A stretch of 64,000 nucleotides of DNA, taken from the NCBI GenBank assembly GCA_038824665.1, contig JAWBBK010000002.1, positions 50,365 through 114,364 of the forward strand, given 5' to 3'. The stretch is from Acidilobaceae archaeon (GTDB taxonomy: Archaea > Thermoproteota > Thermoprotei_A > Sulfolobales > Acidilobaceae). A program made the position numbers and the translations under genes. Below are positions 48,351-59,330 of this stretch, piece by piece (the stretch's first letter is position 1; each line of letters starts with the position of its first letter). The notes beneath the pieces are model-generated. The model worked only from the letters and a program-made list of their open reading frames with translations. It did not search any database and was not told the origin of the DNA.

Positions 48351-50564
48351 ATGGGCATTAGAGTAAAGATGGTCTCTGAGATCGAAAAAATAATGGGCAA
48401 CATAGAGCAGGTAAGAAACATAGGAATTATAGCTCACGTAGACCATGGAAAGACGACTACAAGCGACTCGCTTTTGGCAGCAGCAGGGCTCTTATCTGAA
48501 AGACTAGCTGGAGAAGCGCTGGCTTTAGACTATCTTTCTGTTGAGAAACAAAGAGGAATCACTGTGAAAGCTGCAAACGTAAGCCTTTATCACGAGTATC
48601 AAGGCAAATCCTATGTGATCAACCTGATCGACACTCCTGGACACGTAGACTTCACCGGCAAGGTTACTCGAAGCCTAAGAGTGCTCGATGGAGCTATAGT
48701 CGTGGTCGACGCTGTAGAAGGAGTGATGACACAAACAGAAACTGTCATAAGACAGGCTCTCGAAGAAAGAGTTCGCCCACTTCTTTTCATCAATAAAGTT
48801 GATAGATTAATTAAAGAACTCAAAATGGGTCCTGAACAGATCCAAGAAAGGTTCGCTGAGATAATTAGGGAGTTCAACAATTTAATCGATAACTACGGAG
48901 AACCTGAATTCGCTAAGAAGTGGAAGGTCAATCCTGCAGAAGGTCAGGTAGCGTTCGGTAGCGCTAGAGATAAATGGGCTCTTACCGTTCCGATAGTCAG
49001 AAAGAAGAGTATATCCTTATCGGCAGTCATAGAGGCTTACTCTAAAGAAGATAAAGAGCTGATAGCTCAACTTTCTAAACAAGTGCCGCTTCATGAAGCT
49101 CTTCTAGATATGGTGGTGAAGTTCGTCCCTAATCCTAGAGATGCTCAAAAGTATAGAATTCCAAAGATATGGAAAGGGGACCTAAACTCGGAGCTAGGAA
49201 GAGCTATGATGGAGGCGGATCCCAATGGTCCTCTAGTTTTCTATGTCAACGACGTGAGAGTTGAAAAAGCAGGACTTGTGGCTACAGGAAGAGTTTTCTC
49301 AGGAACTCTCGAGCCAGGCAAAGAGGTGTATCTCGTATCTGGAAACAAGTCTGGCAGGATTCTACAGGTCAGCTTATACATGGGTCCATTTAGAGAACTC
49401 ACGCATAAGGTCTCAGCAGGAAACATTGGAGCTATAATGGGAATAGAAGACATACGGTCTGGCGAGACCTTAGTTGAGGTCAAATATCATGCTTCATGTA
49501 CTCCCTTTGAGCCTTTGAGATATGTGAGCGAGCCTGTCGTAACTATTGCTGTTGAGCCCGCTAAAGTCCAAGACCTTCCAAAAGTAATAGAGGCTCTTAG
49601 GAAGCTCACTATAGAAGACCCCAACTTGATCCTTAAGATAAACGAAGAAACAGGAGAGTACTTGCTATCGGGGATGGGTCCTCTTCATTTAGAAGTAGCG
49701 CTAACGTTGTTGAAAGAGAAGTTTGGAGTCGAAGTCAAAACAGCCCAACCGATCGTAGTCTATAGAGAAGCTGTCAGAGCCGCTAGTAGCGTGTTCGAGG
49801 GCAAGAGCCCCAATAAGCACAACAAGCTCTATATCAGCGTAGAGCCTCTTAACGAGGAGACAATAGAGCTAATAGCTAAAGGCGAGGTGAAAGAGAGTAT
49901 GGATGCAAAAGATAGAGCTGCGATCCTCAGAGACAAAGCCGGCTGGGACTACGATGAAGCTAAAAGGATATGGGCTATTGATGAAGGTTTCAACGTGTTC
50001 GTCGACAAAACCGCTGGAGTTCAGTACTTGAGAGAAGTTAAAGACACGATCATAGCTGGGTTCAGGCTGGCTGTGAGAGAAGGTCCTCTAGCAGCTGAGC
50101 CTCTCAGAGGTCTTAAGGTCATATTACATGATGCTGTGATACACGAAGACCCGGCTCACAGAGGTCCGGGACAGCTCTATCCAGCTACGAGAAACGCTAT
50201 ATGGGCTGGGATCTTAACGGCTAAGCCTACGTTACTTGAACCTATTCAGAAACTAGACATAAGGCTACCCATGGACTTCATTAGCAATGTAGCTGCGGTA
50301 TTGGCGCGCAAGAGGGGCAAGATTCTCAACGTCGTGACCAGTGGCAACATCGCTAGAGTTACAGCCGAGATCCCTGTAGCCGAGAGCTTCGACCTCGCTA
50401 CTGAGCTGAGAGGAGCTACTGCCGGTAAGGCGTTCTGGGGCGTGGAGTTCAGCAGATGGGCTCCTGTTCCAGACTCTATGCTTGATCAGCTAGTTGCCGC
50501 TATAAGGAAGAGAAAAGGTCTACCGCCAAGTCCGCCCTCGCTTAACGACTTATTGGGTCCATAA
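48351..50564 (+). CDS. fusA: Elongation factor aEF-2
   Basis: [31 protein letters not shown] and diphthamide motif HEDPAHRG. Confidence 0.98.
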   Translation: MGIRVKMVSEIEKIMGNIEQVRNIGIIAHVDHGKTTTSDSLLAAAGLLSERLAGEALALDYLSVEKQRGITVKAANVSLYHEYQGKSYVINLIDTPGHVDFTGKVTRSLRVLDGAIVVVDAVEGVMTQTETVIRQALEERVRPLLFINKVDRLIKELKMGPEQIQERFAEIIREFNNLIDNYGEPEFAKKWKVNPAEGQVAFGSARDKWALTVPIVRKKSISLSAVIEAYSKEDKELIAQLSKQVPLHEALLDMVVKFVPNPRDAQKYRIPKIWKGDLNSELGRAMMEADPNGPLVFYVNDVRVEKAGLVATGRVFSGTLEPGKEVYLVSGNKSGRILQVSLYMGPFRELTHKVSAGNIGAIMGIEDIRSGETLVEVKYHASCTPFEPLRYVSEPVVTIAVEPAKVQDLPKVIEALRKLTIEDPNLILKINEETGEYLLSGMGPLHLEVALTLLKEKFGVEVKTAQPIVVYREAVRAASSVFEGKSPNKHNKLYISVEPLNEETIELIAKGEVKESMDAKDRAAILRDKAGWDYDEAKRIWAIDEGFNVFVDKTAGVQYLREVKDTIIAGFRLAVREGPLAAEPLRGLKVILHDAVIHEDPAHRGPGQLYPATRNAIWAGILTAKPTLLEPIQKLDIRLPMDFISNVAAVLARKRGKILNVVTSGNIARVTAEIPVAESFDLATELRGATAGKAFWGVEFSRWAPVPDSMLDQLVAAIRKRKGLPPSPPSLNDLLGP

Positions 50565-50570
50565 CCAAAC

Positions 50571-51554
50571 TCATGGCATTACAATAGCCTCTATCCCTAC
50601 TACTTTACTTAAATACTTAGCCGTGATTCGCGCCTCCTTGCTTCTATAACCGTCGACCACAACTAGCTGTGGTTTAGCCTCACTCACATACTCCAGTATT
50701 TCGCTAAAAGAAGCGTGGTCGCTAAGCCCTACTCTTACGTATTTCTCTCCGACCTTTACCACAGGAGCTCTGAGTTCCCAACCAGTTACCGCTACTTGAG
50801 CACAACATTTCAGTTCGTTTGAAACTGTAGAGTTTATGTGTTTGAACAAAACAACAGGGTCTCCACAACAAACGTTTTCTTCAAGCATCTTTAAGGGATC
50901 TACACTCGTATTGTAGAAGCGCTCAGCAATTCTAGCTATTTTATACGTGGTTTCATCAGCTAAGAAGAGGTCTTTCATTCCTCTCAACCTGAGTTCGACC
51001 ATTACTTCTTGAAGCTTTCCGTTATACCCTCTTACTACAACACACCCTTCTTTAAGCATTTTAGAAATTACGTCAATGAGAGCTCCTATAGCGTCCCACT
51101 CCTTCCATTTCCTCTCTAGGTGAGGAGATCCGTAGGTTGCATCTATCACTAAGACGTCTAGACCCTTCATAGGAGGAGTGTTAGGCATCTTGAAGTCTCC
51201 TGTATATCCGACTCTGTAGTTTCTCCCCTCAACCAAGACCTGAGCGCTTCCCACTATGTGGCGAGAAGGAAGAAGCGTAACGCTCTCTTCTCTGAACTCA
51301 AAAGACTCTCCGTAGTTGAGTTGTACAGCTCTACTTTTAGGTACACTATATCCGAGCACTTCTAACAACTCGAAAGTATAGGGAGTCGCTACTATGAAGG
51401 GAGTCTCTTTCAGACTTATTTCGAAGCCGCCTAGATGGTCTTTGTGAGCATGCGTTACCACTCTTACGGGTCTTGAGCTGTGTCCGTCAACACTGAAAGC
51501 CTCTCCTAAATGTATTGCACCGCTTTTCGTGACAGAGACTTTGAGCTTCAGCAA
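50571..51554 (-). CDS. Beta-CASP / metallo-beta-lactamase-fold nuclease
   Basis: THAHKDH, HIVGSA, YTGDF, DATYG, SDHA. Confidence 0.88.
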   Translation of the reverse strand: MLKLKVSVTKSGAIHLGEAFSVDGHSSRPVRVVTHAHKDHLGGFEISLKETPFIVATPYTFELLEVLGYSVPKSRAVQLNYGESFEFREESVTLLPSRHIVGSAQVLVEGRNYRVGYTGDFKMPNTPPMKGLDVLVIDATYGSPHLERKWKEWDAIGALIDVISKMLKEGCVVVRGYNGKLQEVMVELRLRGMKDLFLADETTYKIARIAERFYNTSVDPLKMLEENVCCGDPVVLFKHINSTVSNELKCCAQVAVTGWELRAPVVKVGEKYVRVGLSDHASFSEILEYVSEAKPQLVVVDGYRSKEARITAKYLSKVVGIEAIVMP

Positions 51555-51721
51555 GCTTTCTCCCTTCGGGTCTCTTCTTATCTACCGTTAAAATCAAGAT
51601 CTATATGGTCTGTGCGAGAGTGAAACGATCCTGTTCTTCTTTAACTAAGTTAAATGTTTGTAGAGAAGATCGAAGCTCTATTCTTGATATCGATAAAGAA
51701 ATGACGAGCTGACAGATGTAA

Positions 51722-52258
51722 TTACGAACTCTTCCTCCTAGCTCTCTCAATAGCTTTTCTGATCTTTTCTTTGGCTTCTTCAGCGTTCTTCCACGACTTA
51801 ACCTTAACCCATTTCCCAGGCTCTAACTCTTTATAGTGTTCGAAAAAGTGTTTTATCTTTTCTTTAAGAGCGTCTGGGATGTCGGTTACATCGTTCCACT
51901 TAGCGTAGTATGGATCGAGTTTAGCCTTGGGCACCGCTATCACTTTAGCGTCTGGGCCCTCCTCGTCTTCCATCTCTAAGACTCCTATAGGTTTAGCCTC
52001 TATAACGGCTCCTGGCGCTACAGGCTCTCTGCTGATTACAAGCACGTCTACAGGGTCTCCGTCTTCCTCTAAAGTTCCAGGAATGAAGCCGTAGTTGAAA
52101 GGATAGACCATGCTGGTGTAGAGAAATCTATCTACTTTGATCACACAAAGATCTTTATCCAGTTCGTACTTAACACTGCTGTTCATCGGAATCTCGATAA
52201 CGACGTTGACGATGTCTGGAGCGCTCTTACCTGAGTCTAGCCTCTCCAGACAGGCCAA
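51722..52258 (-). CDS. ppa: Inorganic pyrophosphatase (family I)
   Basis: [33 protein letters not shown]. Confidence 0.97.
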   Translation of the reverse strand: MACLERLDSGKSAPDIVNVVIEIPMNSSVKYELDKDLCVIKVDRFLYTSMVYPFNYGFIPGTLEEDGDPVDVLVISREPVAPGAVIEAKPIGVLEMEDEEGPDAKVIAVPKAKLDPYYAKWNDVTDIPDALKEKIKHFFEHYKELEPGKWVKVKSWKNAEEAKEKIRKAIERARRKSS

Positions 52259-52336
52259 AGAAGAACACCGAATGCTTCGTTCCTCCCTAAGACTTATAAA
52301 GGTTGAACGTAAAGAAAATTAAAACACAGGACGACC

Positions 52337-52373
52337 TATAGGGGAGGAGGATGACTATGTCTAAGCCTCTATA
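52337..52373 (+). promoter_or_regulatory. K-turn-like RNA element over the rpl7ae SD and start codons (putative autoregulatory site)
   Basis: TATAGGGG/CCTCTATA stem enclosing C-like AGGATGA and D-like CTAA, closed by GAC-TAT-GTC. Confidence 0.6.
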
Positions 52374-52740
52374 CGTAAGGTTCAACATGCCATCAGACCT
52401 AGCGGAAAAAGTTTATGAAGCAGTAGCTAAGGCTAGAAAGACTGGCAAGATAAAGAAAGGAGTCAACGAAACCACAAAAGCTGTTGAGAGAGGTCTAGCG
52501 AAGCTAGTTGTCATAGCTGAAGACGTAGACCCACCGGAGATAGTGATGCACTTACCTTATCTATGTGACGAAAAGAAGATACCGTACGCATATGTGCCCA
52601 GCAAGAAGAGATTAGGAGAAGCGGCTGGCATAGAGGTTCAAGCTTCAAGTGTTGCCATATTAGAGCCCGGAGAAGGCGAAGCTCTGCTTAAAGAAATAAT
52701 CGAAAAAGTTGAAGAGCTAAAAGCTAAAGCAGGACTTTAA
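52351..52740 (+). CDS. rpl7ae: 50S ribosomal protein L7Ae (start may be ATG 52357)
   Basis: [29 protein letters not shown]. Confidence 0.97.
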   Translation: MTMSKPLYVRFNMPSDLAEKVYEAVAKARKTGKIKKGVNETTKAVERGLAKLVVIAEDVDPPEIVMHLPYLCDEKKIPYAYVPSKKRLGEAAGIEVQASSVAILEPGEGEALLKEIIEKVEELKAKAGL

Positions 52741-52885
52741 GTCAACACCAAGTCGAAATCCTATAGTTCTTTTCATCCTCTATCTCATCGGTTTTTGGTT
52801 CAATTACGTCTCTGAATCGCTTCTCTACTTTTAAGGATAGGAGATGAGTCTCTAGAATAGATTTAAGCTTTACCTATGTTTTGGG

Positions 52886-53368
52886 TTGAAAGTAAGGGGA
52901 TTACTCACGGTGAGTGGAGAGCTTCGATCGTTTACACATATAGTAAGAATAGCTGGCACAGACATAAACGGAAATATGAAATTACCTTGGGCGTTAGCTG
53001 AGATCAAGGGGATAGGCTACAGTACAGCTATGGCTGTAATAAAGATGTTGAATCTCAACCCCCATATGCTTGTAGGCTTTTTAACTGAAGACGAGGTCAA
53101 AAGGATTGAGAGCGTTTTATACGATATAACTAGTCTAGGGCTCCCTAGCTGGATGTATAACCGAAGAAGAGATTATGAGACAAACAAAGACCGACACCTT
53201 ATAGGTTCAGACCTTTTGCTCTACGCTAGAAAAGACATAGAGAGAGAAATCCGTATAGGCAGTTGGAGAGGAATAAGACATAAACTAGGATACAAAGTCA
53301 GAGGACAGCGTACAAGAACAACCGGTAGAACAGGTCTCACTGTTGGTGTAACCAAAAAGAAGAAGTGA
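52886..53368 (+). CDS. rps13: 30S ribosomal protein S13 (start probably GTG 52910)
   Basis: IVRIAGTD, IKGIG, NRRRD, RGIRH, VRGQRTRTTGR. Confidence 0.96.
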   Translation: MKVRGLLTVSGELRSFTHIVRIAGTDINGNMKLPWALAEIKGIGYSTAMAVIKMLNLNPHMLVGFLTEDEVKRIESVLYDITSLGLPSWMYNRRRDYETNKDRHLIGSDLLLYARKDIEREIRIGSWRGIRHKLGYKVRGQRTRTTGRTGLTVGVTKKKK

Positions 53369-53378
53369 GGGATAGGCT

Positions 53379-53894
53379 ATGGGAGATCCGAAGAAGTCTA
53401 GAAAGAAGTGGATGGGACCTAAGCATCCGTGGATCAAAGAGAGGCTTCTCAAAGAGATGGAACTGATGGGTAGATATGGGCTAAGAAACAAGAGAGAGCT
53501 TTGGATTGCAGAGACTCTAGCCAGAAGGTATAGACATAGAGCTCGTGCGCTCCTAGCTCTACCCGAAGAGCTAAGAGAGATAGAGTTCAAAAGACTCGTA
53601 GCTAAGCTAGCTAAGCTAGGAGTCTTAAGCGAGAACGCTACGTTAGACGACGTTCTAAGTCTTACCGGTGAACACTTCCTTCAGAGAAGGCTTCAGACGA
53701 TAGTTTACTCTAAGAGGATGGCTAAAACCATTCACGAAGCTCGTCAGCTGATAGTTCACGGTCACATAGCTATAAGAGGCAGGAGAGTGACTTCTCCAGG
53801 ATACCTGGTCTCTGTAGAGGAAGAACCTTTGGTAGATTACGCTCCTGACAGTCCTTATCGAAACAGACTTGAGATCAGGGCTGAGGCGGAGTAG
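53379..53894 (+). CDS. rps4: 30S ribosomal protein S4
   Basis: [31 protein letters not shown]. Confidence 0.97.
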   Translation: MGDPKKSRKKWMGPKHPWIKERLLKEMELMGRYGLRNKRELWIAETLARRYRHRARALLALPEELREIEFKRLVAKLAKLGVLSENATLDDVLSLTGEHFLQRRLQTIVYSKRMAKTIHEARQLIVHGHIAIRGRRVTSPGYLVSVEEEPLVDYAPDSPYRNRLEIRAEAE

Positions 53895-53904
53895 GTGACA
53901 GTCT

Positions 53905-54306
53905 GTGTCTTTAGGTTCTAGAGAAATAAAGTGGGGGATAGCGCATATATATAGTAGTTTTAACAATACACACATTCATTTGACAGACCTCACAGGAGCA
54001 GAGACTATAGCTCGAGCTAGCGGGGGCATGGTAGTTAAAGCCGATAGAGAGAAGCCTTCGCCTTATGCAGCTATGCTTGCAGCTAATAGAGTGGCTCAAC
54101 AGGCTTTCGAGAAAGGAGTTGTAGCTCTTCACATAAAGGTCAGAGCTCCTGGAGGCTATGGTCCTAAGACTCCAGGACCTGGAGCTCAAGCAGCTATAAG
54201 GACCTTAGCACGTGCAGGCTTTATAGTAGGTAGAATAGAAGACGTGACGCCTATACCTCACGACTCAATTAGAAAGCCTGGAGGTAGAAGAGGTAGGAGG
54301 GTCTGA
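53905..54306 (+). CDS. rps11: 30S ribosomal protein S11
   Basis: [35 protein letters not shown]. Confidence 0.97.
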   Translation: MSLGSREIKWGIAHIYSSFNNTHIHLTDLTGAETIARASGGMVVKADREKPSPYAAMLAANRVAQQAFEKGVVALHIKVRAPGGYGPKTPGPGAQAAIRTLARAGFIVGRIEDVTPIPHDSIRKPGGRRGRRV

Positions 54307-54312
54307 TATCTC

Positions 54313-55164
54313 TTGTCTGTTCCATCTGTCTCTATATTCTATCTAGATGAACGTAGCATAAAAGTCATAGCCAAAGGCTTTGGAGTTGCTTATCTAAACG
54401 CTTTGAGAAGGCTTGCGCTTTCCGACGTACCTACCATGGCTGTAGACGTTGTGTACTTCTACGAGAATTCTACAGATGTCTATGATGAAATGATAGCTCA
54501 TAGGCTAGGCTTAACGGTGCTTAAATCTGAAGAGGCTCTAAATAAGTATAAATCTCCCGAAGAGTGTAGAAACATAGAACCTCCTCATGAAAAATGTTTC
54601 GTCGAGATATACTTAGACTACAACGTTAAAAAAGAAGCAGAGATAGGGTCGTACATTAGGGCTTCCGATTTGAAAATCTCAGATCCTGATGTGACTCCTG
54701 TCTATCCTGATACTCCCATAACTTATGTTGCTCCTGGACAAAGACTTCACCTAGTAGCCTACGCTAGATTAGGTAGAGGAAGAGAGCACGCTAAGTGGAG
54801 TCCTGCGAGTATCTCTGTGCTTAGATTCACTCCTGTTGTAGTATTTGATCTTGAAAAAGCTAGCGAAAGATGTCTCGAGTGTCTAAGAAGTTGTGATGAA
54901 AAGTTTTTCGAAGAGTTCATCAAAATGAAAAAAGGGTCTTTAGAGTTACATCACATATCTAACACGAGCGGACTTAGGTATTGTGCAGAGAGCGAGTGTT
55001 CAGGAGCTTTTAAAATTAAATACGATAGAGAGGTTCTAGAGTTGATCGTGGAAAGCACCGGAGCTCTGAGCCCTCATAGGATAGTTTATGAAGCTACTAG
55101 AGCGTTGGAAAGCAGAGCATTAGCTTTAATAGAGGAACTCAAGAAGATAGGGGTGAGAGCTTGA
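54313..55164 (+). CDS. rpoD: DNA-directed RNA polymerase subunit D (Rpo3)
   Basis: NALRR, VPTMA, DEMIAHRLGL, GRGREHAKW, VESTGAL; conserved position after S11. Confidence 0.95.
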   Translation: MSVPSVSIFYLDERSIKVIAKGFGVAYLNALRRLALSDVPTMAVDVVYFYENSTDVYDEMIAHRLGLTVLKSEEALNKYKSPEECRNIEPPHEKCFVEIYLDYNVKKEAEIGSYIRASDLKISDPDVTPVYPDTPITYVAPGQRLHLVAYARLGRGREHAKWSPASISVLRFTPVVVFDLEKASERCLECLRSCDEKFFEEFIKMKKGSLELHHISNTSGLRYCAESECSGAFKIKYDREVLELIVESTGALSPHRIVYEATRALESRALALIEELKKIGVRA

Positions 55165-55526
55165 AGCCCACAGGTCCCACAAACATAATCATCAGGAGAC
55201 TGATCAGAACTTTGAAGAAAATAGCGAGAAAACATAAAGCTAAAGCTTGGTTAAGAGTAGCTGAAGAACTAGAGAAGCCCAAGAGAAGAAGAGTTGCAGT
55301 CAATTTGAGCAAGATTAACAGATACGCCAACGATGGTGATTTCATCATAGTTCCAGGCAAAGTGCTAGGAATAGGCTCTATAGAAGGGAAGAAGCTGACG
55401 ATAGCAGCTTTGAGTGCTTCGCTTAAGGCTTTATCTAAACTCAAGAGTGCAGGTTGTCAGTTCTTCACTTTAGAAGAGGCTATTAGAGTTAATCCTGAAG
55501 CTAGAAACGTTAAGCTGATAGTGTAA
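55161..55526 (+). CDS. rpl18e: 50S ribosomal protein L18e
   Basis: TGPTN, VNLSKINR, VPGKVLG. Confidence 0.96.
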   Translation: MKPTGPTNIIIRRLIRTLKKIARKHKAKAWLRVAEELEKPKRRRVAVNLSKINRYANDGDFIIVPGKVLGIGSIEGKKLTIAALSASLKALSKLKSAGCQFFTLEEAIRVNPEARNVKLIV

Positions 55527-55539
55527 GGGGAGGATCACG

Positions 55540-55995
55540 ATGAAAGAGGTCAAAGGAGAGATATACATTGACGGCACTAACATGATTTTAGGCAGACTTG
55601 CGAGCTTAGTTGCTAAGAGACTTCTAGAAGGAAACAAGGTCTATGTCGTAAACGTAGATAAGATAGTGGTCAGCGGAAAGAAGACTATGGTTATAGACTC
55701 CTACAAAAGAACAGTGCTTGGAGTTAGATCTCATTACTCACACAAATGGAGACCCAAGAGACCGAGAAGCCCCACGACTTTGTTTAAAAAGACGGTATGG
55801 GGTATGTTACCTAAAAACATGAGAGGAATAAGAGCCCTCAAGAGGCTCAAAGCTTACATAGGCGTTCCTGAAGAGCTGAAGAACAAGAACTTCATGCGCT
55901 TCTCGGAGGCGGATTCATCAAGACTATCTATGCCTCCGAAGGTCACTTTAGCTCTCATCGCTAAAGCTCTTGGATGGAGGGGTGGACTTGAGTGA
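55540..55995 (+). CDS. rpl13: 50S ribosomal protein L13
   Basis: ILGRLAS.VAK, GMLP, LKAYIGVP. Confidence 0.96.
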   Translation: MKEVKGEIYIDGTNMILGRLASLVAKRLLEGNKVYVVNVDKIVVSGKKTMVIDSYKRTVLGVRSHYSHKWRPKRPRSPTTLFKKTVWGMLPKNMRGIRALKRLKAYIGVPEELKNKNFMRFSEADSSRLSMPPKVTLALIAKALGWRGGLE

Positions 55996-56459
55996 GTCAA
56001 GTCTTTGAAGTTTTAAACAATAAGATAGTAGTAGCTAGCGGAAAGAGGAAAACAGCCACGGCTACAGCAGTGATAAAACGTGGAACTGGCAGAGTCTTTA
56101 TCAACGGAGTTCCTCTAGAGGTAATACCTATAGAGATGGCTCGTATGAAGATCGCAGAGCCTATTCTTTTAGTGGGTGGGCTTAGAGATCTAGTCGACAT
56201 CTACGTTAACGTAAAGGGAGGAGGTTTTATGGGACAAGCTGAAGCAGCTAGAATGGCTATAGCCAGAGGTCTTATAGAATTCTTCAAATGCGAAAGCGAT
56301 AGTGACGTATGTAAAGACCTAAATGAGGTCAACAAAAAGCTCAAGAGGCTTTATGAAGAATACGATAGACATATGTTGAGCGGTGACCCTAGAAGAACGG
56401 AGACAGAGAAACCTATGAGATATAGTGCTAGGAGGAGAAAGCAAAGGTCTTATAGGTGA
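55992..56459 (+). CDS. rps9: 30S ribosomal protein S9
   Basis: GKRKTA, GGG..GQAEA, DPRRTE, QRSYR. Confidence 0.96.
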   Translation: MSQVFEVLNNKIVVASGKRKTATATAVIKRGTGRVFINGVPLEVIPIEMARMKIAEPILLVGGLRDLVDIYVNVKGGGFMGQAEAARMAIARGLIEFFKCESDSDVCKDLNEVNKKLKRLYEEYDRHMLSGDPRRTETEKPMRYSARRRKQRSYR

Positions 56460-56722
56460 TGCTCATGCTTCCTCCAGTTAGATGTTTCACATGCGGAGCT
56501 CCCATAGGACACCTTTGGGAAGAGTTCTCTAAGAGAGTTTCAGAAGGCAAAGACCCTAAGAAAGCGCTAGAAGAATTGGGAGTGAAGAGATATTGTTGTA
56601 GAAGGACGCTCTTCACCTCAGTAGTGTACATAGAAGACATAGCTAAATATAATGTATATTCAAGATTAAGAGATCGAGTAATAAAAGAGCACTTTACGGC
56701 TCCTGTGAGAGGCGAGATGTAA
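56456..56722 (+). CDS. rpoN: DNA-directed RNA polymerase subunit N (Rpo10)
   Basis: PVRCFTCG and RYCCRR. Confidence 0.96.
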   Translation: MMLMLPPVRCFTCGAPIGHLWEEFSKRVSEGKDPKKALEELGVKRYCCRRTLFTSVVYIEDIAKYNVYSRLRDRVIKEHFTAPVRGEM

Positions 56723-57333
56723 TGACGGAACTCTTAGTGCCTGCGGAACAATATAAGAAAGCAGGAGTTATAATAGGAACTCAGATCTGCACTAAGTTTA
56801 TGAGAAGATTTACCTATAAAGTCCTACCTGAAGGTTTTTACTTACTCGACATAGCTAAGGTTGACGAAAGGCTAAGGATCGCAGCTCGCTTTTTAGCTCG
56901 CTTTGAGCCTTCCAAGATAGTCGTTGTTTCAACTAGGATCTATGCCCAGAAGCCGGCTGAAATGATGTGTAAGTACGTAGGTTGTAAGGCTATAACGGGA
57001 AGAATAGTGCCAGGAACGTTCACTAATCCAAAGCTAAGCTATTATGTAGAGCCAGAGGTCGTTCTGGTAAGTGACCCGAGAACTGACAAACAGGCGCTTA
57101 TAGAAGCCTCGAAAGCGAGAATTCCAGTGGTGGCGTTTCTCGATACTGACAACAAGATCGAAATGGTCGACCTAGTGATCCCAGCTAACAACAGAGGAAG
57201 GAAGAGCTTAGCTCTCCTTTATTGGATACTGACTAGAGAGATATTAAGGAACAGAGGAGTGCTAGGAGTCCATCAGAACTTAGATGTCAGCTATGAGGAC
57301 TTCATGGCAGCAAAGATAGAGGCTACAGCTTAA
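56722..57333 (+). CDS. rps2: 30S ribosomal protein S2
   Basis: IGTQ, PGTFTNP, DTDN, IPANNRG. Confidence 0.96.
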   Translation: MTELLVPAEQYKKAGVIIGTQICTKFMRRFTYKVLPEGFYLLDIAKVDERLRIAARFLARFEPSKIVVVSTRIYAQKPAEMMCKYVGCKAITGRIVPGTFTNPKLSYYVEPEVVLVSDPRTDKQALIEASKARIPVVAFLDTDNKIEMVDLVIPANNRGRKSLALLYWILTREILRNRGVLGVHQNLDVSYEDFMAAKIEATA

Positions 57334-57822
57334 ATCGATCTTCTCTCTCTTCTAAAAACTCTCCAATTATCTAATAAGATGTTGACTATCGCTACGCTGA
57401 GAAACGTTGGAAGTCTTAATCCGATCTCGAGTTTCTTATCACAAGAACTCAAAGGTTCTCCGTAGATTACGGTAATTGGCTCTCCTAGTTCTATTAAAGC
57501 TGTCAGAGGAACTCCTCCGCTTTCGCTTAAACAGACCACAGGTCCTAGCTCTTTAGGAACACTTTCAGAGACTTGAACTCCTAGAGGCTTTCCTTTTAGA
57601 GCAGCATTAATCCATCCTTCAAGACTTTCCTCATCTGGTCTCAAATGTCTTACAGAACTCCCTTTCACTATAATCCATCTTTTCTCATCGAAACGAGCTG
57701 CCGCTAGAACGTCAGCTCTAAGCCCATGGGAGACAAGAAGAGAAGACGCGAAAAAATCTGGCTATCTCTAGGACGTTTTTAGGGCTTGTGTATATATGGA
57801 GTCTGGTCGGAGACTGGGTCAA
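57330..57822 (-). CDS. TrmY-like SPOUT methyltransferase interrupted by a +1 frameshift (recoding, pseudogene or assembly indel)
   Basis: TTG start overlaps the srp54 stop; N-terminal frame ...LEIARFF joins [14 protein letters not shown]...[11 protein letters not shown] after a 1-nt shift in the T6 run (57751-57756). Confidence 0.65.
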
Positions 57823-59147
57823 GAGATGTTCCCTAGTCCAAGTCTTCTCAAAAGGCTCTTGTCCTTCTTTAGTCTTAACATTAGCTTCTTTATTGTTTTA
57901 TAGTATGAAAGTAACTCTTTCACATCTTCAACGCTGGTCCCGCTACCTATAGCTATTCTTCTAATCCTACTTTTATCTATAATCTCTGGGTTCTCTAGCT
58001 CTTCATATGTCATACTATCCATTATGGCTATCCACTTTTTGATCTTCTCGTCTCCAAGCTTAAGCGTGTCTTTCGAGACGTTCAAAAAAAGCCCTGCTCC
58101 AGGCAGATATTGAAGGATTTTAGAGAGAGAGCCTATGTTCTTCGTTGCTCTTAGCTGTCTGTAGATAGCTCTGAGAGTTATTTTTCCTTTAGTCACGTCT
58201 TCTGCTGTCTCTTCGAGAAGTCTGAACTCCTCAACAGCTTTGAGTCTCTCTAAAAGTCCTTCTAAGTCTCCGAGCCCTAGAATTCGAGCAACGAACTTCT
58301 TCGGTCTGAAAACCTCGAGTTCTTCAATTTTCTCTCCTGTACCGATGAACTTTATCTGAGCTCCTGTAGCTGCTACAGCAGAGAGAGCTCCACCTCCTCT
58401 TGCTGTTCCGTCTAGCTTAGTGATCGCTATAGACCCTATGGGCGTGAAGGAATGAAACCTTCTGGCTAGGTCAAAAGCCTTTTGACCCATAGCGGCATCT
58501 ATTATCAGCATAATCTCATCAGGCTTCACCTCTTCAGCTATTCGCTTCATTTCTTCCAGAAGCTTCTCTTCATCTCCATAGCCATGTCTTCCTGCAGTAT
58601 CTACGATTATCACTTGAGCTCCTCTGGAGATGAGTTCTTTGACTCCTCTCTTAGCTATTTCAGCCGGATCGCCAGAGCGCTCTCCGTAAAAGAAAGCGCC
58701 TGCTCTTTCAGCTAGAGTCTTTAATTGCTCTAGAGCTCCTGGTCTGTAGGTATCGGTTGACACCACTCCAACTTTATATCCTCTTCTCGAATAGAAGAAT
58801 GCAAGCTTTCCAACGGTCGTGGTCTTACCTGAACCCTGAACGCCGACGAGCATTACGATCCACGGTAGCTTTGGAGGCTCTACTTCAGGCTCGGAGTCCC
58901 CTCCGAAAAGCCTAGATAGTTCTTCATAAACTATTTTGATGAACCATTCTCTTCGACTGACTATCGAGGGAGGAGGCTCTTTAAGTGCTCGTTCTCGGAT
59001 TCTCTGGCTTAGCTCGAGAACGAGTTTGACGTTGACGTCTGACTTCAGAAGCTCTCTTTGAAGGTCTTTCACGAACTCTTCAACAGCTTTCTCATAGGTG
59101 GCGCTACTGAGAAACCGCGATAAGGCTGTCTTGATCCCTTCTAGCAA
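57819..59147 (-). CDS. srp54: Signal recognition particle protein SRP54
   Basis: [26 protein letters not shown] and M-domain [11 protein letters not shown]. Confidence 0.97.
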   Translation of the reverse strand: MLEGIKTALSRFLSSATYEKAVEEFVKDLQRELLKSDVNVKLVLELSQRIRERALKEPPPSIVSRREWFIKIVYEELSRLFGGDSEPEVEPPKLPWIVMLVGVQGSGKTTTVGKLAFFYSRRGYKVGVVSTDTYRPGALEQLKTLAERAGAFFYGERSGDPAEIAKRGVKELISRGAQVIIVDTAGRHGYGDEEKLLEEMKRIAEEVKPDEIMLIIDAAMGQKAFDLARRFHSFTPIGSIAITKLDGTARGGGALSAVAATGAQIKFIGTGEKIEELEVFRPKKFVARILGLGDLEGLLERLKAVEEFRLLEETAEDVTKGKITLRAIYRQLRATKNIGSLSKILQYLPGAGLFLNVSKDTLKLGDEKIKKWIAIMDSMTYEELENPEIIDKSRIRRIAIGSGTSVEDVKELLSYYKTIKKLMLRLKKDKSLLRRLGLGNIS

Positions 59148-59330
59148 TTTAACTCCCAGATCTCGAAATTCATCTAAACTATAATTTCTAGCGGCGATGT
59201 AGCTTTCGAGCGTGAGCTTTTTAAAACGAAGCGTCTTAGGTCTACTGGAACTCTACCTGAAGTTAGCTCTACGAAAAATATTTAATCTGTGGATTTATAG
59301 AAGTCTTCGACTAGAATAGGTGGATCATCT

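Noticed and set aside
48351-50564. aEF-2 separated from the S12/S7/EF-1a cluster
   Set aside because: Known arrangement in crenarchaea, so not novel
1790-50564. Inteins or Sec/Pyl read-through in the large housekeeping genes
   Set aside because: Protein lengths are normal, with no intein motifs or in-frame stops interrupting conserved domains
51640-51654. TTTAACT-A-AGTTAAA inverted repeat between the MBL nuclease and ppa
   Set aside because: AT-rich, single occurrence and no candidate regulator
54313-55164. Cysteine-rich insert in RpoD
   Set aside because: Matches the known Fe-S/ferredoxin-like domain of crenarchaeal Rpo3
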